NCBI GenBank assembly: GCA_046563655.1
Contig: CM102285.1
Span: 4,526,001-4,590,000, forward strand
Length of the DNA: 64,000 nucleotides
Reading direction: 5' to 3'
DNA from: Yuukianura sp. NJ FZ-2021
Lineage: Eukaryota
A program made the translations under genes and the position numbers. A model generated the notes under the pieces. It was not told the DNA's origin and made no database searches. It worked only from the letters and a program-made list of their open reading frames with translations. Shown piece by piece: positions 40,800 through 53,695 of this stretch (positions are counted from its first letter, which is position 1; each line of letters starts with the position of its first letter).

Positions 40800-43700
40800 A
40801 ATATTGAGTTGAGTATATATTTGTTGAAATCATGCCACTTAAAATTTAAGATAAATTTGTAGCGCCACATTTTGGAAGAAGTTACACTTAAAATTTGAGC
40901 TCTGTGTTGAGCACACTGAGTGTAGAAACTTTTACACTTAAAATTTAACATTTGTTTTGAGCATCGCATTTTACGAAAATTTACACTTAAAATTTAACAA
41001 ATATCTTGATCACCGAATTTTACAAAAATTTATGCTTAAAATTTAACATGTATTTTGATCAACCCATTTTAGAAAAATTTACACTGAAAATTACACCTCC
41101 ATTTTGACTATTTCATCGTAATTATGAGAATATTGAGCATCCAGCTGAGGACTCTCGGTGTGTGACTAGAAATTTTCTGTTTTGTGAAGTAAATTGAGTA
41201 TCTATTTGTTGAAATCATGCCACTAAAAATTTCAGATATATTTTAGTCTTCTGGAGACGCACGTCTACGACGTGCTGAAGAAGACTATTGATACGACTTT
41301 TCTGTCCGTGTGTCCTGTTTTTTAGTACCCTTTCCGCTGAAACATTAGCCCCATCGCAGTCGGGGGGTTATGTATGGCTCAAGTATTTTCACTAGCTCTA
41401 CATTGCACTCAAAGTCGTACATTAACAACGTCAAAGTATGCGGCTGAATCGCGTTGCTGTTTCTTTAGTCCTCAAAATTGTTGTGTTAGGTCTGCATTAT
41501 ACTCAAAATATTTTTTAACAACGAAGTTTTGATCTGCTCATTTTCCGACAATATGTTAATTTACGTTGTTAAGTTGGGACTTATTAGAGGGCAGAAAATA
41601 CGGCTTAAATGTGTAATATGTGAACAAAGCTTGACAGGTTCAAATTTGCGTTCACAAGAAATTTTGATTTTAAATAGCGATATTCGACCCTATAACTTAT
41701 GCACTTAATAACACATGGTGCATTTATTTGAACACATTTTGACTAAAAGAACGATATTTGACACCCTTTCTTCAACGTTCAATTTTGTGCATGTTGCACA
41801 TGTATTGCACATCAATGTAAAATTGTGCAGTTTTTTTGACGCTGGGTAATGTACGTTGTGATGTCAAAATCTGTGCATATTTGGGAACAAGTGTGCAGCA
41901 AAATAATTTTGAAGTGAGTGAAAACTGTTCAACGTTGAACAACATTTTGATGCAAACGGTTTTTTAACATTTTGGAGTAATTGTGCACAAAAGGCCCCAC
42001 ATCTGCACTGAAAATTATGAGCGATGTTTTGTTGCATAATCTATAGTTTGTCTATTTTTAGAAGGCGGTTTTCAAATTTGAAAAAATTTCAGTCGCCTTA
42101 TGGACCGTATAACATAGAAATTATCAATTTTGTGAAATTTTGTATACAAACCTAATGGAGAAAGTGTTTTTCAAAAACTGAGTTTTGCCATAAGCGTCGC
42201 AATGGAAGCGAAAAAATCAACGAAACAAACCCGCCTTCTAAAAATAGACAAACTATAGTAAAAACGGTTTCTTAACGTTTCTCTTCGACGGGTTTTGCGG
42301 ACAGCCGGTCTAAGCCGTATCAATTGTCCACTACCTCCAGAAGACCTATGCTCAACCCTTGAGCATCGCCCTACCTTGTTTAGCACCACATTTTGGAGGA
42401 AGTTACACTTAAATTTTCAGCACTGTCTTGACCACACCGAGTGTAGGAACTTTCACGCTAAAAATTTAACATTTGTTTTGAGCACCGCATTTTACAAAAA
42501 TTTACACTTAAAATTTAACACATACTTTGAGCAACTCATTTTAGAAAAATTTACACTTAAAATTACGCTACCATTTTGACTATTTCATCGCAATTATGAG
42601 AATATTGAGCATCCAGCTGAGGACTCTCGGTGTGTGACTAGAAATTTTCTGTTTTGTGAAGTAAATTGAGTATCTATTTGTTGAAATCATGCCACTAAAA
42701 ATTTCAGATATATTTTTAGCACCACATTTTGGAAGAAGTTACACTTAAATTTTCAGCACTGTCTTGACCACACCGAGTGTAGAAACTTTCACACTAAAAA
42801 TTTAACATTTGTTTTGAGCATCGCATTTTACAAAAATTTACACTTAAAATTTAACACATACTTTGAGCAACTCATTTTAGAAAAATTTACACTTAAAATT
42901 ACGCTACCATTTTGACTATTTCATCGCAATTATGAGAATATTGAGCATCCAGCTGAGGACTCTCGGTGTGTGACTAGAAATTTTCTGTTTTGTGAAGTAA
43001 ACTGAGTGAGTATCTATTTGTTGAAATCATGCCACTAAAAATTTCAGATATATTTTTAGCACCACATTTTGGAAGAAGTTACACTTAAATTTTCAGCACT
43101 GTCTTGACCACACCGAGTGTAGAAACTTTCACACTAAAAATTTAACATTTGTTTTGAGCACCACATTTTTACAAAAATTTATGCTTAAAATTTAACATGT
43201 ATTTTGATCAACCCATTTTAGAAAAATTTACACTGAAAATTACACCTCCATTTTGACTATTTCATCGATATTATGAGAATATTGAGCATCCAGCTGAGGA
43301 TGCTCGGAGTGTGACTAGAAAATTTCTGTTTTGTGAAGTCAATTGAGTATATATTTGTTGAAATCATGCCACTTAAAATTTCAGATATATTTGTAGCACC
43401 ACATTTTGGAAGAAGTTACACTTAAATTTTCAGCACTGTCTTGACCACACCGAGTGTAGAAACTTTCACACAAAAAATTTAACATGTTTTGAGCACCGCA
43501 TTTTACAAAAATTTACACTTAAAATTTAACATATACATTGAGCAACTCATTTTAGAAAAATTTACACTTAAAATTACACCTCCGTTTTGACTATTTCATC
43601 GTAATTATGAGAATATTGAGCATCCAGCTGAGGACTGTCGGTGTGTGACTAGAAATTTTCTGTTTTGTGAAGTAAATTGAGTATCTATTTTGTTGAAATC

Positions 43701-44017
43701 GTGCCACTTAAAATTTAAGATGGATTTTGAGCACCACATTTCGGAAGAATTTACACTTAAAATGTGAGCTCTGTTTTGAGAACCCCGACTGTAGAAACAT
43801 TTACACTTAAAATTTAACATATGGTTTGAGCACCACAATTCACGTACGTTTACACTTAAATAGCATATATTTTGAGCAACTCATTTTAGAAATATTTACA
43901 CTTAAAATTACACATCCATTTTGACTATTTTATTGTAAGTATGCGAATGTTGAGCATCCAGCTGAGGATGCTCCGTGTGTGACTAGAAACTTTCTGTTTT
44001 GTGAGGCTAAATTGAGT
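40800..44017. repeat. Satellite B: ~6 diverged ~336 bp units with internal ~40 bp subrepeats (TTTACACTTAAAATTTAAC), interrupted by an insertion at 41,245-42,380
   Basis: The anchor ATTGAGCATCCAGCTGAGGA occurs near 41,130, 42,603, 42,940, 43,281, 43,615 and 43,950. Spacing is ~333-340 bp after subtracting the insert. Confidence 0.9.
41245..42380 (+). mobile_element. Diverged subfamily member of the array HINE-like element (~1136 bp)
   Basis: The first ~55 bp and last ~45 bp are identical to the array copies and the interior is diverged. Inserted at GATATATTTT|TAGCACC. The empty site is visible in neighbouring satellite B units (e.g. ~42,707-42,723). Confidence 0.88.
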
Positions 44018-44020
44018 TGT

Positions 44021-45143
44021 AATAAACCGGTTGTAAACCGCCCATACTGATAATAGCGAAGCAATAGGCCCCCCGAAGGGGGTTTGTTCCCCCCACTCTC
44101 CTGCCCCCCCCCCCCGAGGGAAGTGGGGGTGTGTTTTCCCCACTTTCCCGCCCCCCAGGGGGTTTTGACAGGTGAGACGTGACAACTGAGGCGTGACAGG
44201 TGACACCCGGCAAGTGACACTTGAGGGTGACAGGTGACACCCGGCAGGTGACAGGTGACACCCGGCAGGTGACAGGTGACACCCGGCAGGTGACAGGTGA
44301 TAGGTGACGCCCGGCAAGTGACAGGTGAAAGGTGACACCCGGCAGGTGACAGGTGATAGGTGACACCCGGCAAGTGACAGGTGACAGGTGGCACCCGGCA
44401 GGTGACAGGTGACACACGGAAAGTGACAGGTGAGAGGTGACACCCGGAAAGTTACATGTGACAGCTGACACCCAGCACGTGACAGGTGACACCCGACACG
44501 TGAGTGACAGTTGACAACTCTCACCCGGCAAGTGACAGGTGACACCCGGCACGTTAGTGACAGGTGACAACTGACACCCTGCAAGTGACAGCCGTGACAG
44601 GTGACACCCGGCGCGTGACAGGTGACACCCGGCACGTGACAGGTGAAGTGACAGATGAAGTGTGACAGGTGACAATTGAGTGTGTTAGTCAACTGCGTAA
44701 AGGATTTTTTGCTAAGCAGAGAACCAACTCCAATGCCAATTGCCTTTCCAGTCTCACAAGCAGAGTTTTTTGTACCCACACTTGCATTACAAATGACCTT
44801 TGAAATCAATTTTGACCCGGAAGGAGGTGACCTAGGGTCACACATTCCACACAAAAGTTGTTAGTCTCAATGAGATGAACAACTTTTGTAGAGGTCATTT
44901 TCCGGGTTACCGGGGATGAAACCGGTTGACCTTGACCTTTGACCCGGAAGGAGTTGACACCCGGGGGTCATATTCAATAGTGACCTAATCCGGGTCATGG
45001 GCTGTTGATAGGTGAAAACCGGATTCAAATCGGGCCAGTAGTTTCTGAGATAATTAATCTGGACAGACAGACGGACAGACAGACGGACAGACAGACAGAC
45101 AGACAAACCTCTTTTATCATAATAGCTTCGCTATTATAATAAA
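44021..45143 (-). mobile_element. Second family of HINE/DINE-1-like element with central minisatellite
   Basis: 13 bp perfect inverted repeat ATAATAGCGAAGC (44,050-44,062) / GCTTCGCTATTAT (45,125-45,137). Terminal hairpin ATAATAGC-TTC-GCTATTAT, a (GACA/GACG)n microsatellite at 45,061-45,105, and a small hairpin CGGTT-GTA-AACCG outside the left repeat. Confidence 0.72.
44166..44673. repeat. GC-rich minisatellite, GTGACAGGTGACACCCGGCA(G) units of ~20-27 bp built from GTGACAG
   Basis: Directly visible tandem motif. Confidence 0.93.
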
Positions 45144-46145
45144 GGCGGATGACCATTGACTCCTACTTACTATTTATTTCATGTAAATCATAATAGGAAA
45201 TGGTAACACAGGTAATCATAATGAACGTACGAGGTTTCGGAAAAAATCTAGGCTAGAACCATAGGTAACATAGTAAATTTCATGGTTGACCATCGCGCAT
45301 CGTATTTCTAACGAATTTTGCGTATACCAAAACCAATTTTTGCAACATTCTCATACAAATGTTTGTTCATAAAAACAGTTTACAGAAATTATGTGCTACT
45401 TTTTTCTCGTGGAATCATTATTTTTAAGCGCTTTTTACTGTATTTATTGAATTCCTTTATTAGTTTTCATCCTCCACAGTTTTCGAAAAAAGAAACAAGA
45501 CAGTATTAAATGTGCTGTTCAAATGAATTTATCCTTTCTTAGGATACTGGAAATGCGATCCGTCTTTGCGAATAGAACCGTCACGGTTTCCAGGATGAAA
45601 ATGAGGCTGTTGACCAGGTTTATGAGGCTGATGATGAATTGGTGGATTACCTGAAACAAAATTCGTTCTGAATTACTAAATAAAATAAAAACAAATTACA
45701 AAACTGCCGCTATAAATTCTACTCGCCGCTTCAGTGAAATTGCTCAGGAAAGAAGTGCAGAAGGATGCCATCGAGTAGTACTACCTTTAATAAAAGAAAA
45801 CGCTTGAAAAGTTAATAACAGTGTTCCAAAATATAAGGATTTCTCGTGATCGTGTTAAAAATAACCATGAAAATTATGAACTAACATTACAGAAGCTAAA
45901 CTAACACAGGACGATATTAGTACTTTGAAATATACTGTTATCATCTTGGGCTTTGGATAGAACCTGCGCGAGACACGAACTCTAACACACGCAATTTCTA
46001 AATTATAATTCTCGTTTTAAAATATTGATTAGTTGAGTAATATATTACAAATTGTGAAGCACCTCAGTAACAGTCCATAGTCGAACTCTTCCAAACTTGG
46101 TGCATTAATTTTAAATCGAATTTTTGTAAACTATTAATCGTCTTC

Positions 46146-48382
46146 ATGTCTGGAGTGGTTCGAATCGTTTTGCTGCTTCTATATTTTTGTAGAATTGGAA
46201 ATTGCTCAAGTCCTCTGGAAGTCATAGATGAATTGACAAGCATAGTGGACAACATTGAGCATCAAACGCAGGGACTGCTTGAAGAAGTTCGAAATGAGTT
46301 TGATTCAGAATTTGATAAAAACACGGAAAGATTCCTCAGAAAAAAAATCAATTGCAGAAGCTGGACTTTCTTCCAGACATATGCAAATCCAAAAGATTGT
46401 CACGACTACTTTATCTGTAGCTTTGGAAATGTCTACAATGCATCGTGAGAGTTTGTGTATTTTCAGTAGAACGCTTTTCAACAGGGACACGTGAAATGCT
46501 ATTAATGGTTTTGTTTTAACTTGCAGCTGTGGCGTAGTTCTGGCGTATGAACCAAAATACAAGACCTGTGTTCACCAGCGAAATGTAGAAGCTTGCGGAA
46601 GTATGTGAAATTTTCAAATTTGTGTTTATATTAGACCTTCTTGTGTTAAACTATTTCCGTTTTAAGATGTCACGTGCGAGTATGAGGGTGTCTACCCAGA
46701 CGAAGAAAACTGCAGAAAGTACTACATTTGCGTCAACGAGGATTACTTCCATCTATCTTGTCCGCAGGGATCAGTATACAATTCTACATCTAAATACTGC
46801 AATGTAGCTCAAAATTGCACCGCTGGTAAAAGAATAAGTAAAACATATGTTAGAAATTAAAATATCTCTTGGAAATTAAATATGATTTTTTAAAAAATAC
46901 CACGTTGAAGCGGTGAATACGACCTCTCCTACTCCAACGAACGTTCCACCAACATCAGTTCCGACTGACACCCCAACAGAAGCTCCAACAACTGCAGCTC
47001 CAACTGAGCCACCAACCGCACCTCCAACAGAACCGCCTACTGAAGCTCCAACTGAACCACCTACCGCACCTCCAACAGAACCGCCTACTGAAGCTCCAAC
47101 TGAACCACCTACCGCCCCTCCAACAGAACCACCTACTGAAGCTCCAACTGAACCACCTACTGCACCTCCAACAGAACCCCCGACTGAAGCTCCAACTGAA
47201 CCACCTACCGCACCTCCAACAGAACCCCCGACTGAAGCTCCAACTGAACCACCTACCGCACCTCCAACAGTACCACCTACTGAAGCTCCAACTGAACCAC
47301 CTACTGCACCTCCAACAGAACCCCCGACTGAAGCTCCAACTGAACTACCTACCGCACCTCCAACAGAGCCCCCGACTGAAGCTCCAACTGAACCACCTAC
47401 CGCACCTACAACAGAACCGCCTACTGAAGCTCCAACTGAACCACCTACCGCACCTCCAACAGAACCGCCTACTGAAGCTCCAACTGAACCACCTACCGCA
47501 CCTCCAACAGAACCACCTACTGAAGCTCCAACTGAACCACCTACTGCACCTCCAACAGAACCACCTACTGAAGCTCCAACTGAACCACCTACTGCACCTC
47601 CAACAGAACCCCCGACTGAAGCTCCAACTGAACCACCTACTGCACCTCCAACAGAACCCCCGACTGAAGCTCCAACTGAACCACCTACCGCACCTCCAAC
47701 AGAACCGCCTACTGAAGCTCCAACTGAACCACCTACCGCACCTCCAACAGAACCACCTACTGAAGCTCCAACTGAACCACCTACTGCACCTCCAACAGAA
47801 CCACCTACTGAAGCTCCAACTGAACCACCTACTGCACCTCCAACAGAACCCCCGACTGAAGCTCCAACTGAACCACCTACCGCACCTCCAACAGAACCAC
47901 CTACTGAAGCTCCAACTGAACCACCTACTGCACCTCCAACAGAACCCCCGACTGAAGCTCCAACTGAACCACCTACCGCACCTCCAACAGAACCACCGAC
48001 TGAAGCTCCAACTGAACCACCTACCGCACCTCCAACAGAACCCCCGACTGAAGCTCCAACTGAACCACCTACCGCACCTCCAACAGAACCACCTACTGAA
48101 GCTCCAACTGAACCACCTACTGCACCTCCAACAGAACCCACGACTGAAGCTCCAACTGAACTACCTACCGCACCTCCAACAGAGCCCCCGACTGAAGCTC
48201 CAACTGAACCACCTACGACACCTCCAACAGAACCACCTACTGAAGCTCCAACTGAACCACCTACTGAAGCTCCAACTGAACCACCTACTGCACCTCCAAC
48301 AGAGCCCCCGACTGAAGCTCCAACTCAATTACCAACGGAAACTCAAACCGTTCGCTCGGCTGTAGTCCCAGCTCCAGCTTAG
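46146..48382 (+). CDS. Peritrophin/mucin-like protein: signal peptide, two chitin-binding type-2 (CBM14) domains, long P/T/E/A mucin tail; exons 46146-46444, 46527-46600, 46667-46825, 46911-48382
   Basis: GT-AG introns keep frame. The domains CRSWTFFQTYANPKDCHDYFICSFGNVYNASCGVVLAYEPKYKTCVHQRNVEAC and CEYEGVYPDEENCRKYYICVNEDYFHLSCPQGSVYNSTSKYCNVAQNC have the six-Cys peritrophin-A spacing. Confidence 0.9.
46997..48325 (+). repeat. Coding 48 bp tandem repeat (PTEPPTAPPTEPPTEA, ~27 copies)
   Basis: The unit ACTGAAGCTCCAACTGAACCACCTACCGCACCTCCAACAGAACCGCCT repeats with mostly synonymous variation. Confidence 0.95.
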
Positions 48383-49516
48383 CCACCAGCCAAACGATGC
48401 TCCATCTGAAATCCTCCACTCAAAAATTCATGGTAGCAAATATTATTAAAGCTATAGGGCAAATACAAAAAAAATGTTTTTATTGTCGCGAACTGTGATG
48501 AAAGATACAACTTACACCTGCCATTGGCAGGTTGAGAGATTTAAGAAAGTCGTTAAATGATTAAAGCATGTAGATTTCGTAGAGTTCTTTTCCGGGTGGT
48601 ATGGTTCCCAATATAGAATTACTGTACTGGGCAAATACAACTTTCAAGTAACATAAACTGCTCAACATTTTACGAATTTGCGAGTGGTAATTTGAAATTA
48701 ATAAATCACAGTTTTGAACTAGGTAATAATAATAATATACCTATAAAAGTAATATAGTGCAATTTTTGCAGTATCCTATGAATTTAAACAAGAGGGAAAC
48801 GATCAAGAAACGCTTTCCTAACAAGCGAGAAAATTAGGAATTGCTGTCATGTCAAATTATACAAATTTAAATAAGAGAAGCCTTTTAGTTTATAAAAAAA
48901 ATTCCTTATTACAAATCAACTATGGCGTCTTGCTGTAGTGCAAGACGTTTCGTTAAAAGTAAAAGATCAAATTCCTTTTCGAATTTCTAGTACTATTCGC
49001 CTCCAAAGTTTTAGTGTTTTTCACAGTCTTCTATTAGTGTGCAAGAAAACCGTGTTCAGTAAATTGTATAAAAAAAAAACAACTTGCAAATTTTTCAAGG
49101 TGTGGCTGATTTATATGCGCCATCGATGGCGTAATAACTTTGTCATGTTTAAATCTCAGTTTATAAGTTATGGCGAAAAATTACCTCTCAAATATTTACA
49201 AGGTCACTTTTTGACGTTTTTGTAGCTTCTTGCAAAAATTTTCAGTGTAATTGTTATTCGTTGTCAATTTATTAAAAAAAAAACTCGTATTTTTCGCGCA
49301 ATGGTTAAAGTCAAAGTGGCGATGAGTCATTTCTTGATAATTAATTTGAAAATTGTATCGTGTACCTGTACCTAATTGATATGTCTGTCACGTAAAAATT
49401 ACTATGAAAATATGATCTTTTGAATTTATGACGGTTTAACGAAAGCTGAAGAAGGTGTTTCATTTGCCAAAGAGTTGGGTTACGAGTTAGTTAACAATTT
49501 TCAACGTTAACACAGA

Positions 49517-51934
49517 ATGGTCAACATTCAATTGCTCGTAATTTTGGTTTCCAATATTGTGTTTCCAATTTATGGTACCAATCTTCACGAAAACAATTTA
49601 GAAATCCGGCTGTATGAGGTAGATGCACGAAATTCGGTTCTAAAAACTATTGAAACAAGCGCAAATCAAGATGTGATTCTGCAAGGAGTCGAACGAATTC
49701 GATTGGAATGTAATGCAGCGTTTCCGGTGCAATGGATTTACAGTGGTAACGGGGTAAGATTCAATGATTAAAAACCATTGAACATCGTGTTTCATTTTTT
49801 AATTTCAATTCAACAGGTCCCAGCATCGTCTGCTACAATTAGGAAGGAAACAGAGGGAAAGTATTCTGCTTCAATATTCATCACTGCACTAAAAGAATCT
49901 CACACTGGACGCTACGATTGTACCACCACTGGAACGCCGTCCAACAGTGCGTTCTTGTTCCTCTACGTCCCTGGTAAGTAAATTAAATGTAATCGAATCA
50001 ACTATTTACATACACATTAATAAGTAAATTAGGTGTGAATTAAAACTTTCCAGGAATAATAACCGTTTTTCAACACTTTCAATTTCTATTTAAGGTATAA
50101 ATATCTTCACAACGACAGCAAGTGAAAATGGCCCTACAAAAATTACGATTCCGAATAACGACAGCAGGGTTTCGATTCCTTGCGGCGTATCAAGTCCAGA
50201 AACTCCAGTGATCCTGGAGAAGGCTCTTGGAACTGTAAGTGTAAATACAGTGCTTAAAATTTAACTTCATAGTCAACATTTGCATATGACTTAATTGAAC
50301 GTTTATGCAACATGTTTATGCTACTTTAAACTGTAGGATGTATTAGTCGCAATCAAAACACTTGGAGTAAAACCAGCTTACAGTTTCGATCCGCGGAATG
50401 GCTTTGTTCTGGATACTGCACAACTTCAAAATCCAGAAGGAACTTACGTTTGTACTGCTTTCGGAAGAGGATCCAAGAAAACACTTGAATTTGACGTCAG
50501 AAGAAATCACGCCAAGGCTAACGTCGTGTCGACTATATCTCCTATCCAGGAACCGGCATCCGACAACAATGGATTACGATGTTCAACTCATACTGATTGT
50601 CCACCAAATTGGGCCTGTTTCACTGACCTCGTATGTCGTGACCCCTGCAGCTACTCCATTCGATGTGGAACTGGGGCATCTTGTAAGTACAACGACCGAA
50701 GGCCTTACTGCGAATGCCCAAAGGATTTTGTAGGGGATCCAATGAAAGAGTGCTTCAACACTGTGCAGGGTAATTGACTTTCTTAAATTGCCAAATTTTG
50801 TTTTCGGTTTTCAAAATTTCAATTTTTGGAGATTTATAATTATTCTTACAAGGTTCCGATCCGAGAGTGGAGGTATTTCCGACAACATCCCCTCGCACAA
50901 CGCTAGCTCCAAGTAGTCACACGGGTTCCCAGTGCAAGGTCAACAGTCATTGTCCTGCGTCAACCCATATCTGCCTCAATGGCAACTGTTTAGACGCATG
51001 CGCCGTGAAAATTTGCGATCGCAATGCATACTGCGTCACAAACGCGGAAAGAGTAGCCAAATGCCATTGCTCTCCTGGTTTTCTAATGCAAGATGGTCAT
51101 GCCTGCGTTCCAGAAAAGCTTCAGCTTCAACCATCCAGCAGCCAGAGGGAAGAAAGTCAAAGGTCAAGGACATCCTTTCCCATTCCTCAAGGTTGTGATC
51201 ACAACAGAGACTGCCCGGCTAACACCATATGCAGAATTCCATCCTCTGGAAGCTCTTACTGTGCTGATGTATGTGGATCGCTGGGTGCTTGCGGAGCCAA
51301 TGCCCAGTGTGTCAACAATTTCTGTTCGTGCAAAACACCGTTCGAGGGAGATCCTTTTACAGCATGTTACGCCAAGGCGAAGGTCGCAACTACAACGGAG
51401 GCAACAAAGTTGCTCAGTCACTGTTCTGCTCATACCGATTGCGCCGAAAACCAAAAATGCGAAACTCTTGCGGGTAATGTTCGGAAATGCATTGATGCTT
51501 GCGTTACAACTCGATGTCCATTCAACTTGGAATGTCGCGCTTTGAAGCACAAAGCAGAATGTGTCTGTCCAGAAGGGTTCACCGGTTCGTCCCTTATTGG
51601 ATGTACAAAAGCCGTAGATGAGAGCCGCTCATTTCAACGGCATCGTCAGCGTGACAGAGAATCTTTCGGAAACTTGCAAATAACGAGCCACCCTCAACCA
51701 ACTTCTATCAAGAATGTTGACATGAACGTTTGCAAAAAAGCGGGTCTTGACTGTGGATCGAATGCACTGTGTCGTTCGGTGGAAGGTAAGGTTACATGCA
51801 TGTGTCAACCAAACTTTGTAGGCCAACCTCCGAAGTGTACAAGTGACCAGTGCACTTTCAACATCGAATGTCCAGAAAATCACTCATGCGTCCAAAACAA
51901 ATGCACTTGTATTCAGAGAGACCGATGCTTGTAA
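49517..51934 (+). CDS. Secreted protein with two Ig-like domains followed by EGF-like/dumpy-type Cys-rich modules; exons 49517-49753, 49817-49973, 50095-50234, 50337-50769, 50853-51934
   Basis: All four GT-AG introns are frame-compatible. Signal peptide, then Ig motifs LEC...VQW...HTGRYDC and IPCGVSSPETPVIL...FDPRNGFVL...GTYVCTA. Repeated CxxxxDC...CxDxC...CGxxAxC...CxC...FxGDP modules follow. AATAAA lies just after the stop. Confidence 0.85.
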
Positions 51935-52330
51935 TAACCTTCATTTCCTTGAACAATAAAAATAAAAGCAATTCAAAGTATTTACTTTGAAAATATATAT
52001 TTCACTTGGCAAAATACATGCTTTTCTTACAATTTAAACAAATCGACGAAATATTTTTGTGGATGCGAATTTCCCATAAAGAATATTTCATCGATTTATG
52101 AATGTAATGATTTGGCAGTTAGATTGATGGAGAAGATAGATGGTAAATTGAGTGACCATTAGTTTTGGTTTGTGTTAATTAATGAGAGGCTGTGTAAGAG
52201 GCCCTTATCTAGAACGGATTGAGCTTAACCGCAAAAAGTTGTGCAAAGAATTTGCGTTTTGGCACTTGGACACAAAGTTAGTCCGAGGGGAACCAGTGCG
52301 AGTTTACTAAATTAAATTCAAGACATCACG

Positions 52331-53161
52331 ATGTGGAGTTTGTTCAACAGTGGAACACAGCTCACTAGACACGGCTACGCCGTAGCCATCTTGGATTTGG
52401 TAAGTTTTTTTTACTGCAAAGAATTTCTGTCGATTCCAATGACAAAAGTGGGGAAAGTAAGAATGATTTTTTTTTTTTGCATTTTTGCAACCAGTTCCTT
52501 GCGAATTTAGGAGTAGTACTTGGATTTTCAACTTTCTACTTTCACTACCTGCATTACGAGCACAGTTGGAGTGACCTCATCCTCCAGATTCTGCAACTGC
52601 CAGTCACATTCCTCCTCTCCTCTAGTAAGTCTGTCCAGTTTAAGGTCAAGGTCATAAGCACAACTTTCTTCTAAACAAACAAATCTCAAACCAGTTCTGT
52701 GTGCATCCTGCTAATTCATATTTTTGTTTTAGAATTGTCAGCAAACAGTCTGCTCTTCTTCACCTTCTGTACATTCTTCGTTGAAGCCTGTCTCTCAATC
52801 CTCCTCATCCATGGAATCAGGAAGGTAGGTTTGATGAATGTTCAAAAATAAGAGGCGGTGAAAGTTGTTTTATTTGACACAATTCTTGAAATACAAAAAT
52901 TTCATTCCTTTTTTGAAGTTGGATGCAGATCGCCTTCGGACGTGGTTTCGCATTCGTCTTTTCCTGTTTGTTCTGACGTTCGTGTCTCTCGTCATCAGGA
53001 CGGTGGAGCTGCGGTATGTGGACGAACCAGAAGTGATTCTGGAGCAGGGTGCCCTTGGGATCGGATTCATGGTGTACAGGGGATATGGACTCATCGTGGT
53101 CACTTTCCTCGAGGAACTGGCCTACAAGCGACTCATGGGAAGAACGTACAGCCTAGTCTAA
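52331..53161 (+). CDS. Small four-TM membrane protein, paralogue A (LAPTM/DUF4728-like); exons 52331-52399, 52495-52624, 52733-52824, 52919-53161
   Basis: In-frame splicing gives MWSLFNSGTQLTRHGYAVAILDL...FVEACLSILLIHGIRK|LDADRLRTWFRIRLFL...VYRGYGLIVVTFL, with four hydrophobic segments. Confidence 0.8.
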
Positions 53162-53695
53162 ACTGGTCAAATTTCAATGCTCTACCTTCATACATATTTT
53201 TCTGGCGTCATTACCATAGTACTGGTGTCCGCACGTGACTCTGTCCTGCTATTCCTGTCTCCACCATGCAACCGCATCGTGCGACATTCTTTCGACAAAC
53301 TTTCTTATAACAACCGGAGCTTAATTTTGTAAAAACATCAATTGCAACACGTTTAAAAAAGAGTACGGTAATAGAATGTATTTTTTGGAGAATTTGTGGG
53401 TGACATTGTTGCGGCTTAAACAGATGACCCAGCAGAGTCGAAGCTGCGTGAGGTCGCAGTGGTTTAATTTATAAAATGGACGCCAGTGACGGATGCTCTG
53501 TCTGCTGCTATTTGTATTCCCTCTGAGTTGCTTCATTGTGAGCCTTTAGATTGTTGGGAAAGTAACCTCAAACCAAGGAATGATAAAACGAGTGCTAATT
53601 ACGCCCACACTCCTAATTGACTTTCTGCTGCATCACTATCCACCACCATCCCAATGTCAACATAGCGTCCTAGCACCCCACTTCAGGACTCTCCG

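Noticed and set aside
43925..44854. Cys/His-rich ORFs of 161-309 aa
   Set aside because: They are open in three frames because the GTGACAG minisatellite lacks stops on that strand.
45543..45670. Exon-like acidic fragment after a TTCTTAG acceptor
   Set aside because: It contains in-frame stops, and no upstream exons or family could be identified.
46876..48141. 421 aa Gly/Val/Ser ORF on the minus strand
   Set aside because: It is the antisense shadow of the mucin repeat. The plus frame splices to chitin-binding exons.
50932..51883. Overlapping alternative-frame and antisense ORFs within the Ig-EGF gene (similarly within 56,067-57,671)
   Set aside because: They are shadows of the real coding frames and have no domain features.
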